A stretch of 64,000 nucleotides of DNA from Chrysomallon squamiferum. Its lineage: Eukaryota > Animalia > Mollusca. The stretch spans positions 33,170,001 through 33,234,000 of the forward strand of contig CM022670.1 of NCBI GenBank assembly GCA_012295275.1. The letters run 5' to 3'. Made by a program: the position numbers and the translations under genes. Every line of letters begins with the position of its first letter. Positions within the stretch are counted from its first letter, which is position 1. Of the stretch, positions 14,401 to 27,100 are shown one piece after another. The notes beneath the pieces were generated by a model. The model did no database searches. It saw only the letters and a program-made list of their open reading frames with translations, and had not been told where the DNA came from.

Positions 14401-15809
14401 AGGAAGTATTTCATGGCTTGGTCATGCTTTCTAAAAAATTAAACTACAGAAGTTTAATACGAAGATGTTTAATATAACTTTATATTTTCTTGTAAATGAT
14501 AAATATTATGTAAAACTGAAGCCCAAATTTACAGCATAACTATCGTCTAGAAAATTTCAGCAACCACAACGTTATTATTACAATTTCCTCAAATTCGTCA
14601 GTCCAGAAAAAAGATCTTTAAAATATTTCCTGTTTCCTACACGGATATTCTTGTCTTAATTCGAATAATCAGTGAATACTCATTGTCTCAGACATATGCA
14701 GTTACCTGGTTTAAACTAGGAACACAAGCTTTATCACATCAGTATTCAAAGAAATAATTCAAGTTGATTTCCATGCCAATATTCATATTGTTCAACTTTT
14801 CATATTGTAATGATTAAACAAACATATTTTTTTTTATACGTATTTTAATACAGTATAATATATATATATATTTTGTCCTGAAAAGAGAAAAATAAGGTAA
14901 GTGTTTGTTTTTTATTTTAAATTATTTTTAATGTTCAGAAAATATTCTCATAACAGTATTTGGATGCCACATTTGTTACCTATTTAATGCAGAACGCATC
15001 TTGCCATACTATACTTTGTTATCACGAATACCTATTCAATATATTACAGAAATCCTCAGTGTTATTAAATTAATCGAAAAAATAAAAATCAAACTCCGAT
15101 TAGTTCGCATTCAGATTTTTAAAAAAAAAATTTTTAACAGTGTTTTGTAAAAATAAGAGCTCTTTGCATTTATACAGTGCTGTTAATTCTTGATTTATAA
15201 TGATGTACAACACTGACGTTTTCGCTATATTACTCTTATGGAAGCAGTATTTTATTTTTTTTTTTTTTTTTTTTTTTTTCATTAATAATCGGATGGTGTC
15301 TACTGCGGCTAAATTAAATGACTGACTGAATTCATAAATATGGGATTTGGTAGGATTTTGTTTTTATAATTATAATTTATTTATTTATTTATTTATTTAT
15401 TTATTATTTTGATAGTGATAAATTATTTATTTGGTTAGTTATTTGGTTAAAAGGTTAGAACGAAAGGTGGATTGTATGATAAAATGAATATTTTATTGTC
15501 TGTTGGGAAACGTTTTTTCACGATTTTCTAGAAGTTGTCTTCTGGTTAATAATACATGCTTGTTAACCATTCCCTTAACTAAGGCATAAAACTTTTGTTA
15601 TCATTTTACAGATACTGCGAAAAAGCTGTTTTGTTATCTTGGCGCGTTTCTTTATGTTACTTAGGTTCATGGTCTTGTTGATCTGTTTTACTAACATAGA
15701 AATTAACTGATATTTAACCAAATCATCAGCAGCGAATACGACCACAAACAAAAACAACATAACTTGTAGTCGAATGATTTTAATGCATTTGACGATAGTT
15801 TTACATATG

Positions 15810-15810
<1 letters not shown>

Positions 15811-15870
<60 letters not shown>
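15811..15870. repeat. (TA)n microsatellite
   Basis: Directly visible. Confidence 0.95.
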
Positions 15871-15878
<8 letters not shown>

Positions 15879-15959
15879 TAAGTAAGTGAAACAAATATTA
15901 AAGAAATATTCTCGTGCGAGAGACCTATAATTTTTAACCAATAATATCATTGATGATAT

Positions 15960-16104
15960 TCAGTGCCGTATTAATATTTCTGTGTTCATTTCCGGGGTGA
16001 GAGGCCCATTTCTTTACATTGTCGGATGTCACAATTTACATCGTAAATGACGCATGATTTGGTACCAGTTAGGATTGGATCTAATTTGGTATTAATCAAT
16101 AACA
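15960..16104 (+). promoter_or_regulatory. Probable proximal promoter / 5'UTR of EFCAB14 exon 1b
   Basis: Locally CpG-retaining, with an ETS-like TTTCCGG near 15988 and a TGACG half-site, directly upstream of exon 1b. Confidence 0.4.
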
Positions 16105-16152
16105 CTGGATCCAATAAGTAGGTTAAATGTTGATTTTAAACCTGCCAAAAAG

Positions 16153-16307
16153 ATGAAAAAGCGTCGTGAATTGGACGCCTTGGTTGGAAATGGAAAGTTG
16201 CCAAGGCGAAAAAGTAAGAGTGGTCATGAACTACTTCGTTCTGATGATTCCGATTCTTCTGAAGTAGAAGAATTTTCAATCAAGATTGGCAAAAAATCTG
16301 ACAGAAA
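16153..16307 (+). CDS. EFCAB14: EFCAB14-like exon 1b (MKKRRELDALVGNGKLPRRKSKSGHELLRSDDSDSSEVEEFSIKIGKKSDRK)
   Basis: Family N-terminal signature; donor gtaagt at 16308. Confidence 0.92.
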
Positions 16308-19300
16308 GTAAGTTTCTGTAATTTGGTATATTCATGAAGAGTAACATAAATTAAAAAGAACATCTAGTCAAACTGTCCCACTCTCACTCTGTCAGTGATA
16401 AATTGTACTTAATACATTGATGATTGACTTATAATTCACAATATTTAAGAATTAGATATAGTTAAATAATTATAAATTATAGTAATGGGCGTTATTTAAA
16501 TATACTAAAAAATTTTGTTGTGACTCACTAAGGTTTCTTTACATACCAGAACACATACACTGACAGTGATACAGTAATGTTTGTTAGCATCATTAATGAA
16601 CTCTACCTCATAAACTTTAATGCTGTAATACTCATAATGTCAAATAATAATAATAATAAAATAAAAATAAATGTCTAGTTCATCTCAGCTGGTGGACATA
16701 CATAATCTAATGTAACTGCTCATAAAAATTTTATTCTTGTTTTTGAGAATTTTATTGACACAACATCAGGTTAACAATTTTGATGAATAAGTCTTTTTAT
16801 TTTTCTTTTTTTCTTTTTTTTTTTGGTAAAATTCACTAACATTTGCAGTTTGATTTACCATGTATACCATTTTAATTTTGTAATAAATTAAATTAAATAC
16901 ATGAACTTACAATAAAGCCAATTCAAATTTTTGTTGTGTAAGCAGGGAGGTCAGATTTCCTTTAAAAAAAATTAGAAAGCCAAATTAAAATGAATTTGAT
17001 TTATTATTAAACATGTAAAATTATTATTAAAAATACCATTATTCAGTGAACTTTTGTTATAAAATTCACTTGGTTATGGTAAAGTCCAGTAACTGTAATG
17101 AGATTTATGAAGGGGACTCTTTAAAAAATATATTTGTTCAAATTCACTGAATGTAATTTTGTAAAGGTTTGATTATACATATAATTTGTTTAACCGGTTA
17201 AAGCAAAAATGTTGCGTACTTTGGTTAAATGTATTTATGCTAACTATTAATAAATCTAATAATAATAATAATAATAAACAAAAAAGATGATTTTAAATTA
17301 AAAGCCATTAGCATTAACTTATTTACCTCTTTTAATCTAGTATGTACACTCCTTTCCATAAAAATTATTTATTACTTTTTAGTAAGGAAACTTTATACAC
17401 TTAATTTATAATAAATAATATCATTTATAGTTTTATTTTAAACTTATATTTAAAAACAAAATAATGTTAACTTTTAAATAATTCCTGGACATTATTTAAA
17501 TATGTTTAATTCTGTTAGCTCAGGAGTATTTTAAGGGAAGGGAAAATAAACAATTACAATATGAAATATCTGCATCAGGTGTTCATAAATGGACTGAAAA
17601 TTGTAAACAATACTTTTTTTGTTTGTTTATGAGACTGTTATTTATTTTAGATGGGCTGGATTTTGTTCATGTTCCACCTGTCTGGGTTTGACAGGTTTTG
17701 TCATTCTCATGGTCTGTTTTATCACATGCTCTGGATTAATATGGTTGCATTTTGAACTTAAACGAGACCTTGATAATCTTAGGGAACGCATTGTTACAGG
17801 TAATAATAACTAATATTTTCTCTTTCACAAAACTTGGCTACATTCCTGTCTGCAAATATGTATAGTATAAATTATGAGTATGGCTAATATTTTAACATTT
17901 TAATTTTTATATGTGGCATCCAAATATTGTTTTTCTTGTGACATAATTTGATATGTTCATTTATTATTGTTTTTCTATTTTTATGTTTAAATTAAACAAC
18001 AACAAAAAAAAATGACCAAGTCCTCAAATGACTGTAGAAATTATCCAAACTTTTTAATCAGAGAGACAAAGATTTCCCTGTAGTGTTAAAATTTGATTAT
18101 TTAACTTTTGTACTGTATTGTATATAAATAGAACAGAATTATAGCTGGTTAGATCAATTTAACGATACTATGTCTTGGGAATAAATGGTTTTTATAAAAC
18201 AGTATACATGTGTTCCCATAAATATACTGTATGTTAATATATATTTGTTTCTAGTTGAAAATCATGGCCAGGCAGTTCCTGAAGATTTGCAGGTAGTAAA
18301 AAGACAGGTTCAAACAATTAACAAAACAGTGCAAGATCTCAAGAAAGAAAACAAAGAAACAACAGAAGTTGTTAATGGTTTCAATCAGCAAGTAAGTTTA
18401 AAAGAAGAAAGTATTTCATGTATGTCTGCTGAAATTGGACTTTTTTTTAATTTTGTCTGCAAAACATTCATCTATTATAATGAATTAAATGGTCTGTAAG
18501 TGTAAATATTAAAATCAATTTTTAAAAATTTATTCCAGCAAAATAGAAAGTTACACATTTTTTGTAATATACATTAACTGTAAATCCTGTAATTGCATAT
18601 TAGTAACTTACAAAAGTGGTTTTAATTTAGCTAAAAGCTTTTAATATTATGTTACAGTAGCATATAATTCAGTTGTAATATAAGACAATTTAGTTAAATG
18701 TATATATGTACATATATATATATCTTAATTTACAGCTAGCTTCATTGATTGTGGATGTGAACAGTTTGAAAGAAAGTCTGAAAGAAGCACCAGAACTTAA
18801 AGAACTGCCCAACAGAATTGAAACATTATCAAGTGTAAGTTAAAATTATTTAATATACTGAATTATTTAATTCCCATGTTCCCTCCACATATTAACTTTA
18901 AATTTATTACCTATTTACACATTTCAGTGTGATGGCATTAAATTTAAAGTATTTGCATTGTTATAGCTTTATATTAATATTTTAATTAGTATTTATGAAT
19001 TAATCTGCATTATGTTTATGATTTATTTACATCGCCAAAACAAATATGTTAATTAGTTGGTCATTAATAGAATTGAATTATCTTTTGCTGTAACATACAG
19101 AGATAAAATATTAAAAACAGAACAACACCCCCCCAAAAAAAACAAGTGTCATTTTGACATTTTTCTAAAAAAAAAATTATTATTAAAATTGGAATAGAAA
19201 ATTAAAAAGCTTTCCTCTGTCATTATCCTGTAATTACAGGTAATTACAAGTAAGTTTTAATAATATATTTTTCAACTGAGACTTGCTGATGTTTTTTAAC

Positions 19301-22300
19301 TATTCATTTTGACATATGTATGGAATTTATTTTCATCACTTCTTCTAAAAGTTATATGTGTGTGTAGTTATATAAAGGCATTTAGAGTAATCAATATTGT
19401 TTTGAAGAATTTTTTAATTAGGTTTTTTTGACCATCTGTTACTAAATTATAATGAATTAAAATAATAAATAATAATAATATTGTATAATATTTGTTATTT
19501 CAGTAACTTCAGTATTGTTTGTGGGTGGGAATGTTCAAGAATATTTTCCTGTCAAATTAATGTCAAAATGACATAAGTATGTAAATTAGTATTAAAGAAT
19601 AGCCCATAAAATGCAGTATTGCTGATTTTTTTATTTTACAAAATAATTATCAAGTTAAATGTTTGTATCCATTGCCTTGTACTGTTTGTTTTATAAATAT
19701 TGATTTCCTTGGTAAATGTACTAATAATACTAATAATATTTACTTGTTTATTTTACATTTTTGGGACCATTTTCTTGTATGGACGACTGAAGTTTTATAA
19801 TAAATGTGTTTATTTGGATAACATCATCAATTTTTTTGTTTGCTTTTCTTTTTGGTTTTTTAGCCTGTAAAATCAAACCAGTAGTTATAAAATAAGAACC
19901 GGAAACTAAATTCACTTCACATTTGATATGTTTGAACTTTAAGTAATATCTTTAATAGTGATATATTCAGGCCATAATGCCAAAATAAATATAAAAACAA
20001 AGAGTTTTTAATACTCCCAGTAGTTGAATGAAAAATGGTTTAATAAATTATACCTTTGAAGTCCTATCAACAGAATATCCAGAAAGTCTAAATTAGTCTT
20101 TTTATAAAGCAATCTTAGATACTTTATACATTGTTGTGTTCATATTTACAGAGTTTGGCTACACTGGGAAGTGATGTGCAGCTGGCAAAGAAAATTATAG
20201 ATGACTTGAAAGTTTTCCAAGATTCCACAAACCAGCAGCTGAGAAGCCTGACAGACAGGATAACAAATGTTGAGGTATACACATGCATACAAACACACAC
20301 ACAGGTGCACAAATTGTGAGAGTCACACAGAATTGTCTTTGTGTAACCCATATTCTGTTTGTGCAAATTTTGTGATATGCTCAACATATTTTACTCCTCA
20401 CTGAAATTAAAATGGCATTCGCTAAATCACAACAGTGTTGGCTACTAAGTGATGTTCTTTCATGTTCAGTATTGCTGCTCAAACAATATGTGTCAATGGT
20501 GTGTAAGTTAGGCCAATAGAACCAACAATGAACCCTGACCTTGTTAACTAAGAAGCTGCAATTTCATGGGTTGTGTTCATACTGGAAATGGATGCAGATC
20601 AACATTATTATTTTTAATACAAGTATAATAATATAACCATAATAGTTTTCGTTGGGAGTGAGTAGAAGAAATGAAAAGTTACTTTAACTGTTTTTACCTT
20701 TTTGGACATATTATCTGTTCCTTGTATGAATGCAAGTCTGGAAATCAACACATTTCACCCCATTTGCAATGTTCACTTTTCTTTGGTATTTAATTACTAA
20801 TTGAATTTATCAAAGATATATTAATTGTTGTTAATTTAACACTATCCTACTTAGAGCTATATATTTATATTACTTAAACTTTATTATGAAAAAAAAGTAG
20901 TAATACTACAATTAATATAAATTTCTGTTTTATTCAGGATTTTCCGTGAACCTTCAAAACACGGAACATATTAAGTTGTTTTAAGAATAAATAAACTCTT
21001 CATAGACGATATATTAATCAATTTAATCCTTATTATATATATATTGTTATTAAATAAAAAATATAATTTAAAAAGTGTTGCAGAAGAAAAAGGTCTCATT
21101 AATAATTAATAGGTTATGCAGAATTTAAATTTGTGCACCCATGCAAACATAGATGCATAGACACACACACACACACACACACTCACACACGCACACATAC
21201 ACACTCACACACGCACACGCATATTCTATATATATATACAAATATATACACATTTAAATTCATACTACCAACGGAAATTAACAATAAAAAAAACTAAAAT
21301 CTAATAAAATTATATAAACTGATATATTTATTTTACTGAGACATGTTTTCATTATTCAGTATTAGTTTGTGCAGAATAATATAGTTATTTATTTTTTATT
21401 AAATTTATATAAAGATTATTATTTTTATTACAGGCATTATCTTCAAACATATCTCTGTCAGCCAAAGAAAGAAGTAATGAATCAGACAAGCAACTGGTTA
21501 ATATTCCACAAGTAAGAATTATTTGTTATACCTCACTCTCTGTGTTTTATGATTATGGCAAACAAAGGGTTTTACTTTTAATTAACAGAATATATTAAGT
21601 TTATTGTTACAGTAGTCCTTTTCAAATATTAATACTCAATACACTTAAATAATTAAATAATTTTGTTATTGGAAATATCTTTTATGTTTATATATCATTA
21701 CAAATTATTTCTGAATGAAAATAACAATGGAATGTTTATATAATAAACATGCCATTGTTATTAAATAATTTATTTTTATACAGAATTGAATTAACATTTT
21801 TTTTTTCCCCTAATTGGTTCTTCTTTTCTTATTTTAATAACAAATTCAAAATATATATTAATCAATGCAGGTTGTAAATGAATTGGGACAACAGATCTTC
21901 AGTGTTAACAATACTTTACAGTCTGCAGTTAGTGCTTTGTCACAGAGAATAGTAGAACTTGAGGTATGTTTTATTTGACCAACATAGACTTTTAATTTTT
22001 TGGTCTACACGTAATCATGTGTACCATTTTAACCTTTTTCTATTTGTTTATGTTTGTTTTATTTTATTTTATTTTATTTTATTATTTATTATTTTTTATT
22101 TCAAGTTTCTCACTTTAATCATTCATCTAATTGAGGTTAAAGAGCAAATATCATGTTGCCACTACAGTTGTTTGTCAGATTTAAAGCTGCTGCAGTTAAC
22201 TCATAATAAATCTATATAATTTTGAATACAGTGTTTATTTATGCTATTTCAAATTATTTTATTTCAGAACACAACTGATACACACAAAACACTTGAATCC

Positions 22301-24063
22301 CTCCTGTTTAAAGTTGATAACATTACCAACTTTATAAATCACCAGGTTTGTTTTTAAAATGATAACATTCTTATTAAAATTCAGCTTGTTCTGTGAATTT
22401 ACCGTTAAATACTTCAAAACTAAAAGTTTTCAGAAGCTTACGGTCATTATATTTACAGAAATATTTCTGTTTTATAGTTAATCATGCATAGTTTGTTTCC
22501 AGTATGTTATTACAATGATATTCAGTCTAAATTCCTTTTTAATACTTCCAAATGATTTGGTATAAAATGACATGTCACAGTAACATAACCAACCCTTACT
22601 AATATTTGGAATGTGTACAGAGTGTCTTCACAAGAGAACAGAAAAATAGATGGTTCTGTGCATGACATTAGCATTGTTGTTTTATTGTCCTGTTTTATTA
22701 TTAACACGGGTTGATGTTATAACTTCAAAACAACCCTATGGAAATACATATATAAGTAATATGAATGTAAACTTTTTGGTATATTCAGAAATCTATAAAA
22801 AATGTAATTACAATGTCACTGAAGAATGAAGTACTAAAAATGAAGAAAGTGAAGAAAAAAAAATCAGTAAATTCATTAAAAGATTTATCAGAGATTAATT
22901 AATTCATGGACAATACGTCACAAAATAACCCTAAATTTATTAGTAGCTGCTTAGACTTCTGTTTCAGTATTTGTACGAGTCATTAAATCTTATGTTATCA
23001 CTGGTTTTTATCCTTTTTCAGTTAGAAGAAAATAAAGCAGATTTAAATAACACAAAGACAGCACAACCAGCTGTTAGTGATTTTACAGAATTTAAAAAGA
23101 TCACACAGTCAGAAATCAAGGTTTGCTTTTTGCTCACAGTTTGTTATACATACTAAAATGATGGCTACATACGTAACCACAAAATAATTGGTGATATTAC
23201 TGTATTGACTGATCTTGCAAAGTGTCATTAAAAGTTCAATCATATTCACATTAGATGTTATTTTGAAGACATTTCACTGGATAATAAATTAAACTAACTT
23301 CATGAGATTGATTTTAACATTACTTTAATTGTAGACATTCATTACTGATTTTAAATTCAAAATTCAAGATTTACCTTCACTGTTACACTTAAAAATACAT
23401 TTTTCCAATAAAATAATTTCGGCGTAAGTAATAAAAAGAAAAACATTGATATTAATTAAAACAATGAGAAAGTTTTAGCTGTGTGTACATCTTTAATATA
23501 TATTTTTACTGGTATTTTATATAGTATTTAATGAAATGATCTCAAAAAATGTTATATATTATACTTTCTTTTTTTTGCATAATCTGATTTAATAGAAATG
23601 TTCATGATTGTCCAGTATCTTGGTTTTTTTTAGTTATTTATTTATTATTTATTCTGCAGGCTCTGAATGGGACAGTGTTCAGGCTAAATGATAAAGTTAG
23701 CAATCTCTCCCTGCAGTTCACTAGAATCAATAAGAACCTTGTTAACATGTCATCAGTTGTGGATGGCATGTTTTATCAACTTTCCTCTTTGAATCTTCAA
23801 AATGGTAAGACTGGTTTAATATACATATGGCAGAAATGTAAAAAAAAATAATTAATTTTGTTTATATAGTTTAAATGGCAAGCATTGAATCTAGTTTTAT
23901 ATGAATAGTTGGGAAGACAAGCTTCAGTCTTGTTTCATATGTACAGTTAAAATGGCAAGCATTAAGACCAATTTTATATATTCAGTTGAAATAAGAAGAC
24001 TTTAAGTCTAGTTTTATATATACAATCAAAATGACAAGATTTATGATTAGTTCTATGTATGTA

Positions 24064-24117
<54 letters not shown>

Positions 24118-27100
24118 TACACAGTTGAAATGGCTAGCTTTAACTTTAAGACTAGTTTTATACATACATTTGAAATGGCAACCTTTAAGATTAGTTTTAT
24201 ATGTACAATTAAAATGGCAACTTTATGAGTAATTTTATATATACAGATGAAATGGCAACCTTTGTGATTAGTTTTATATATAGTTGAAATGGCAAGTTTA
24301 TATATATAAATGTCAAAATTTAAGACTATTTTTATATATACATTGAAATGATAAACTTTAAGGCTAGTTTTATGTGAAATTGCAACTTCTACCAATTTAA
24401 GGATATATAGCAGACGTGGTTATCATTGGCAGGTGTCTCACAAATGAGAAAAAAAATTTAAGAGATCTAAATTACTATGAGAACTGTTTTGAAAAAGACA
24501 TGCATTAAAGTGTCAACTGTTTTCTTATTTACGTAATTCTTTGATGGGAAAATGGCCATTAAACCAGATTCAACAGTTTATATATAATACTTATTAATAT
24601 ACGTTTTATTATGGAATTTATTCATTTCAGTTCATATACATACTTCATGGAGGTCTTTTAACCCTTTTTTCAAATATATTAATGTATTTGCTTAGCAGGT
24701 ACATTTTTTATTTTTCTCCCATTTATGCTTATTATATCTTTATTGATAGTTATATATACATATACATATACATCATTTATTTTTATGATGTGACACTGTA
24801 AAGTTATTAGGCATGTTTTAAACAAAATGGACAAAATCGTGATGAATTGACGATGATGTAAATATATAAATGTATATATGTGTATATGTGTGTGTGTATA
24901 TATATATTATTTTTATCATCTTTTATTAACTATTTAACTGTTATGGTATTTTAAAACATTGTTTCAAAAAAGTTCATGTATTCTGTAAAGACCTTCCAAA
25001 AAAGGTTTACAAAATATTTGGTAAAATGTCTGAATGTTGTGAAAGTGCATCTTACAAACTAATATGTTTGTATAAATTTATTTATTTATTTATTTATGTT
25101 TTTAATGTCTAATTAAATTGAAATGATATTGTTTCTAAACCTACATTATTCATTAACAAATTAGTTTTGAACATTTCAGTTACTAGAGTCCTTGTTTTTC
25201 TAATTGTAAATCTTTGTTCCATAAATATTTTATCTATTATTCTCTTTAGTCAAATTCCATATTCTTTCAGATGCTTTAATACTAATAATTGTTGTAAGCA
25301 TGCCAATGTTTTATTTTACTCTATTTATGGAGTGCATCCCAAATTTATTAACTTAATTGCAATGATGTAAAGCATATATTATAAATCAACATTCATTAAT
25401 ATCCAAGTTTAAACGTACGTGTTTGTGTCTTTCTTTGTGTACCCAATAAATACTCTTTTGCTAGTATTTAAAGTTTATTTAATGCAATCTGCACTACATT
25501 AGAATCAGTTGTAGCATGCAATTTCAGCTGACTAATGCAGTCTACATGTGCATTAGGATCAATTTCAAGTCACTGTCAGTAAATCAGTGAATCAGTTTAG
25601 TAATCTTCAGTGTGAATAATGCTGTGAAATATGAAAAATGTTTAGTTTTTGTACTGCATGAGCTTTCAAGTTGCAAGTTAATTACGAATGTCAAAAAAGT
25701 TTGTCACTCTGAAGTGTGTAGACAGGGGGAAGAACAGTTTAGTTTATTTCAGTTTTGTTTTTGTTTTTTGTTTGCACTGCTTATTTTTGTTGTATTTATT
25801 AAATATTTTTTTATAGAAAGTACCACTTCGGAACAGTTTGATGAAACAAACACTCCAGGTTTAAATGACACATACACTACAGGTACTTTTCAGTTGAAAT
25901 GTATATTTACTCTATTCTACAAATATTTCTGAGATAGAATTCTTGTAAATACAATTAACCCAATAATAATACTCCACATTAACTCGTATCATTTTTCTTT
26001 TTTTCAGATTAATAAAAATAATATTTTATAGAATCTGGGGTAGTTTTTTTAAACACATTTAAGTATTTTACACTGCCTTATATTATCCATTATGAGTTGT
26101 CTTTTCAGATGGGAAATATTATTTTTATAGTTAAGCTGCATGTTGCATATGTAAATGTTGTTTGCATGTTTCATTTGCTTTCAGTATAATATGTGTTTAG
26201 TTGCACTGAATTTGTTGTGGCACTTTTTTATAAAAAATAAATAATTTAAAGATATTTGGAATTGTATATGATTGATTGTTAAGTACAGTGGTTAATTTTC
26301 CATTTCAGCCCAGCCATCCTCCTCAGTGTCACTTAGAGATATTTTAACTTCAAATCAGCCTGAATCAAGGATAATCTCAATAAAAATACCCGATGGAGAA
26401 ACCATAGACAATAAGAACAGTAAGTACATAAGTAGTTTCTAAACTGTTACATTGATACAGCGAAACTGATCAAAACTGGATCTTCATTAAACAGGATTTC
26501 TCCCTTTAACAGTGTGGTGTATCAAACTTTGTAAACTCAGTGTTTTATTTGGTCTCTGCACAGTTTGGTTCTGAAACAGTTCACTTCATTCTGTCATTCA
26601 CTGGCTCATTTCTACTATTATATTTTAATTTTTTTTTGTTTTTGTTTAGGATTTTTATAATTATTTTTTTTTTTTTCTTTTTTTTTTGTTTGTTTGTATA
26701 GTTATAAATATTTGATGTTATGCACCCAACAGGCACTAAGACAGAAAAGTATTTGGTGTGCCCCGATGATGTTGCTGGTACTTTTTTTTTGGTTTTAATT
26801 TAATTTTATTTTATTTCATTGGCATTATTAAAAAATAACCATTAACATTTTCACTCATTCACAGCAGTATTATTATACAGCAAGAAAATAGTAATGTTTA
26901 TTTGTGATCTGTCACCAGGCCTTAAATCACTCTGGCAACTATTGAATTTTAGCCAGCAATTGTGGTGTGAAACAAAAAAATATATATTTTGACATTTTAA
27001 AAAAAATGTGCTTATAAGCTTTTTGTATATATTGTATTTCTTTGATCCAGTGATAGTATTGACACCTACATAAACATTATTATTTATTAGATGCATGAAA

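Noticed and set aside
25271-25293. 23-nt micro-exon candidate in an EFCAB14 intron
   Set aside because: It would shift the frame and has a weak context; no supporting evidence.
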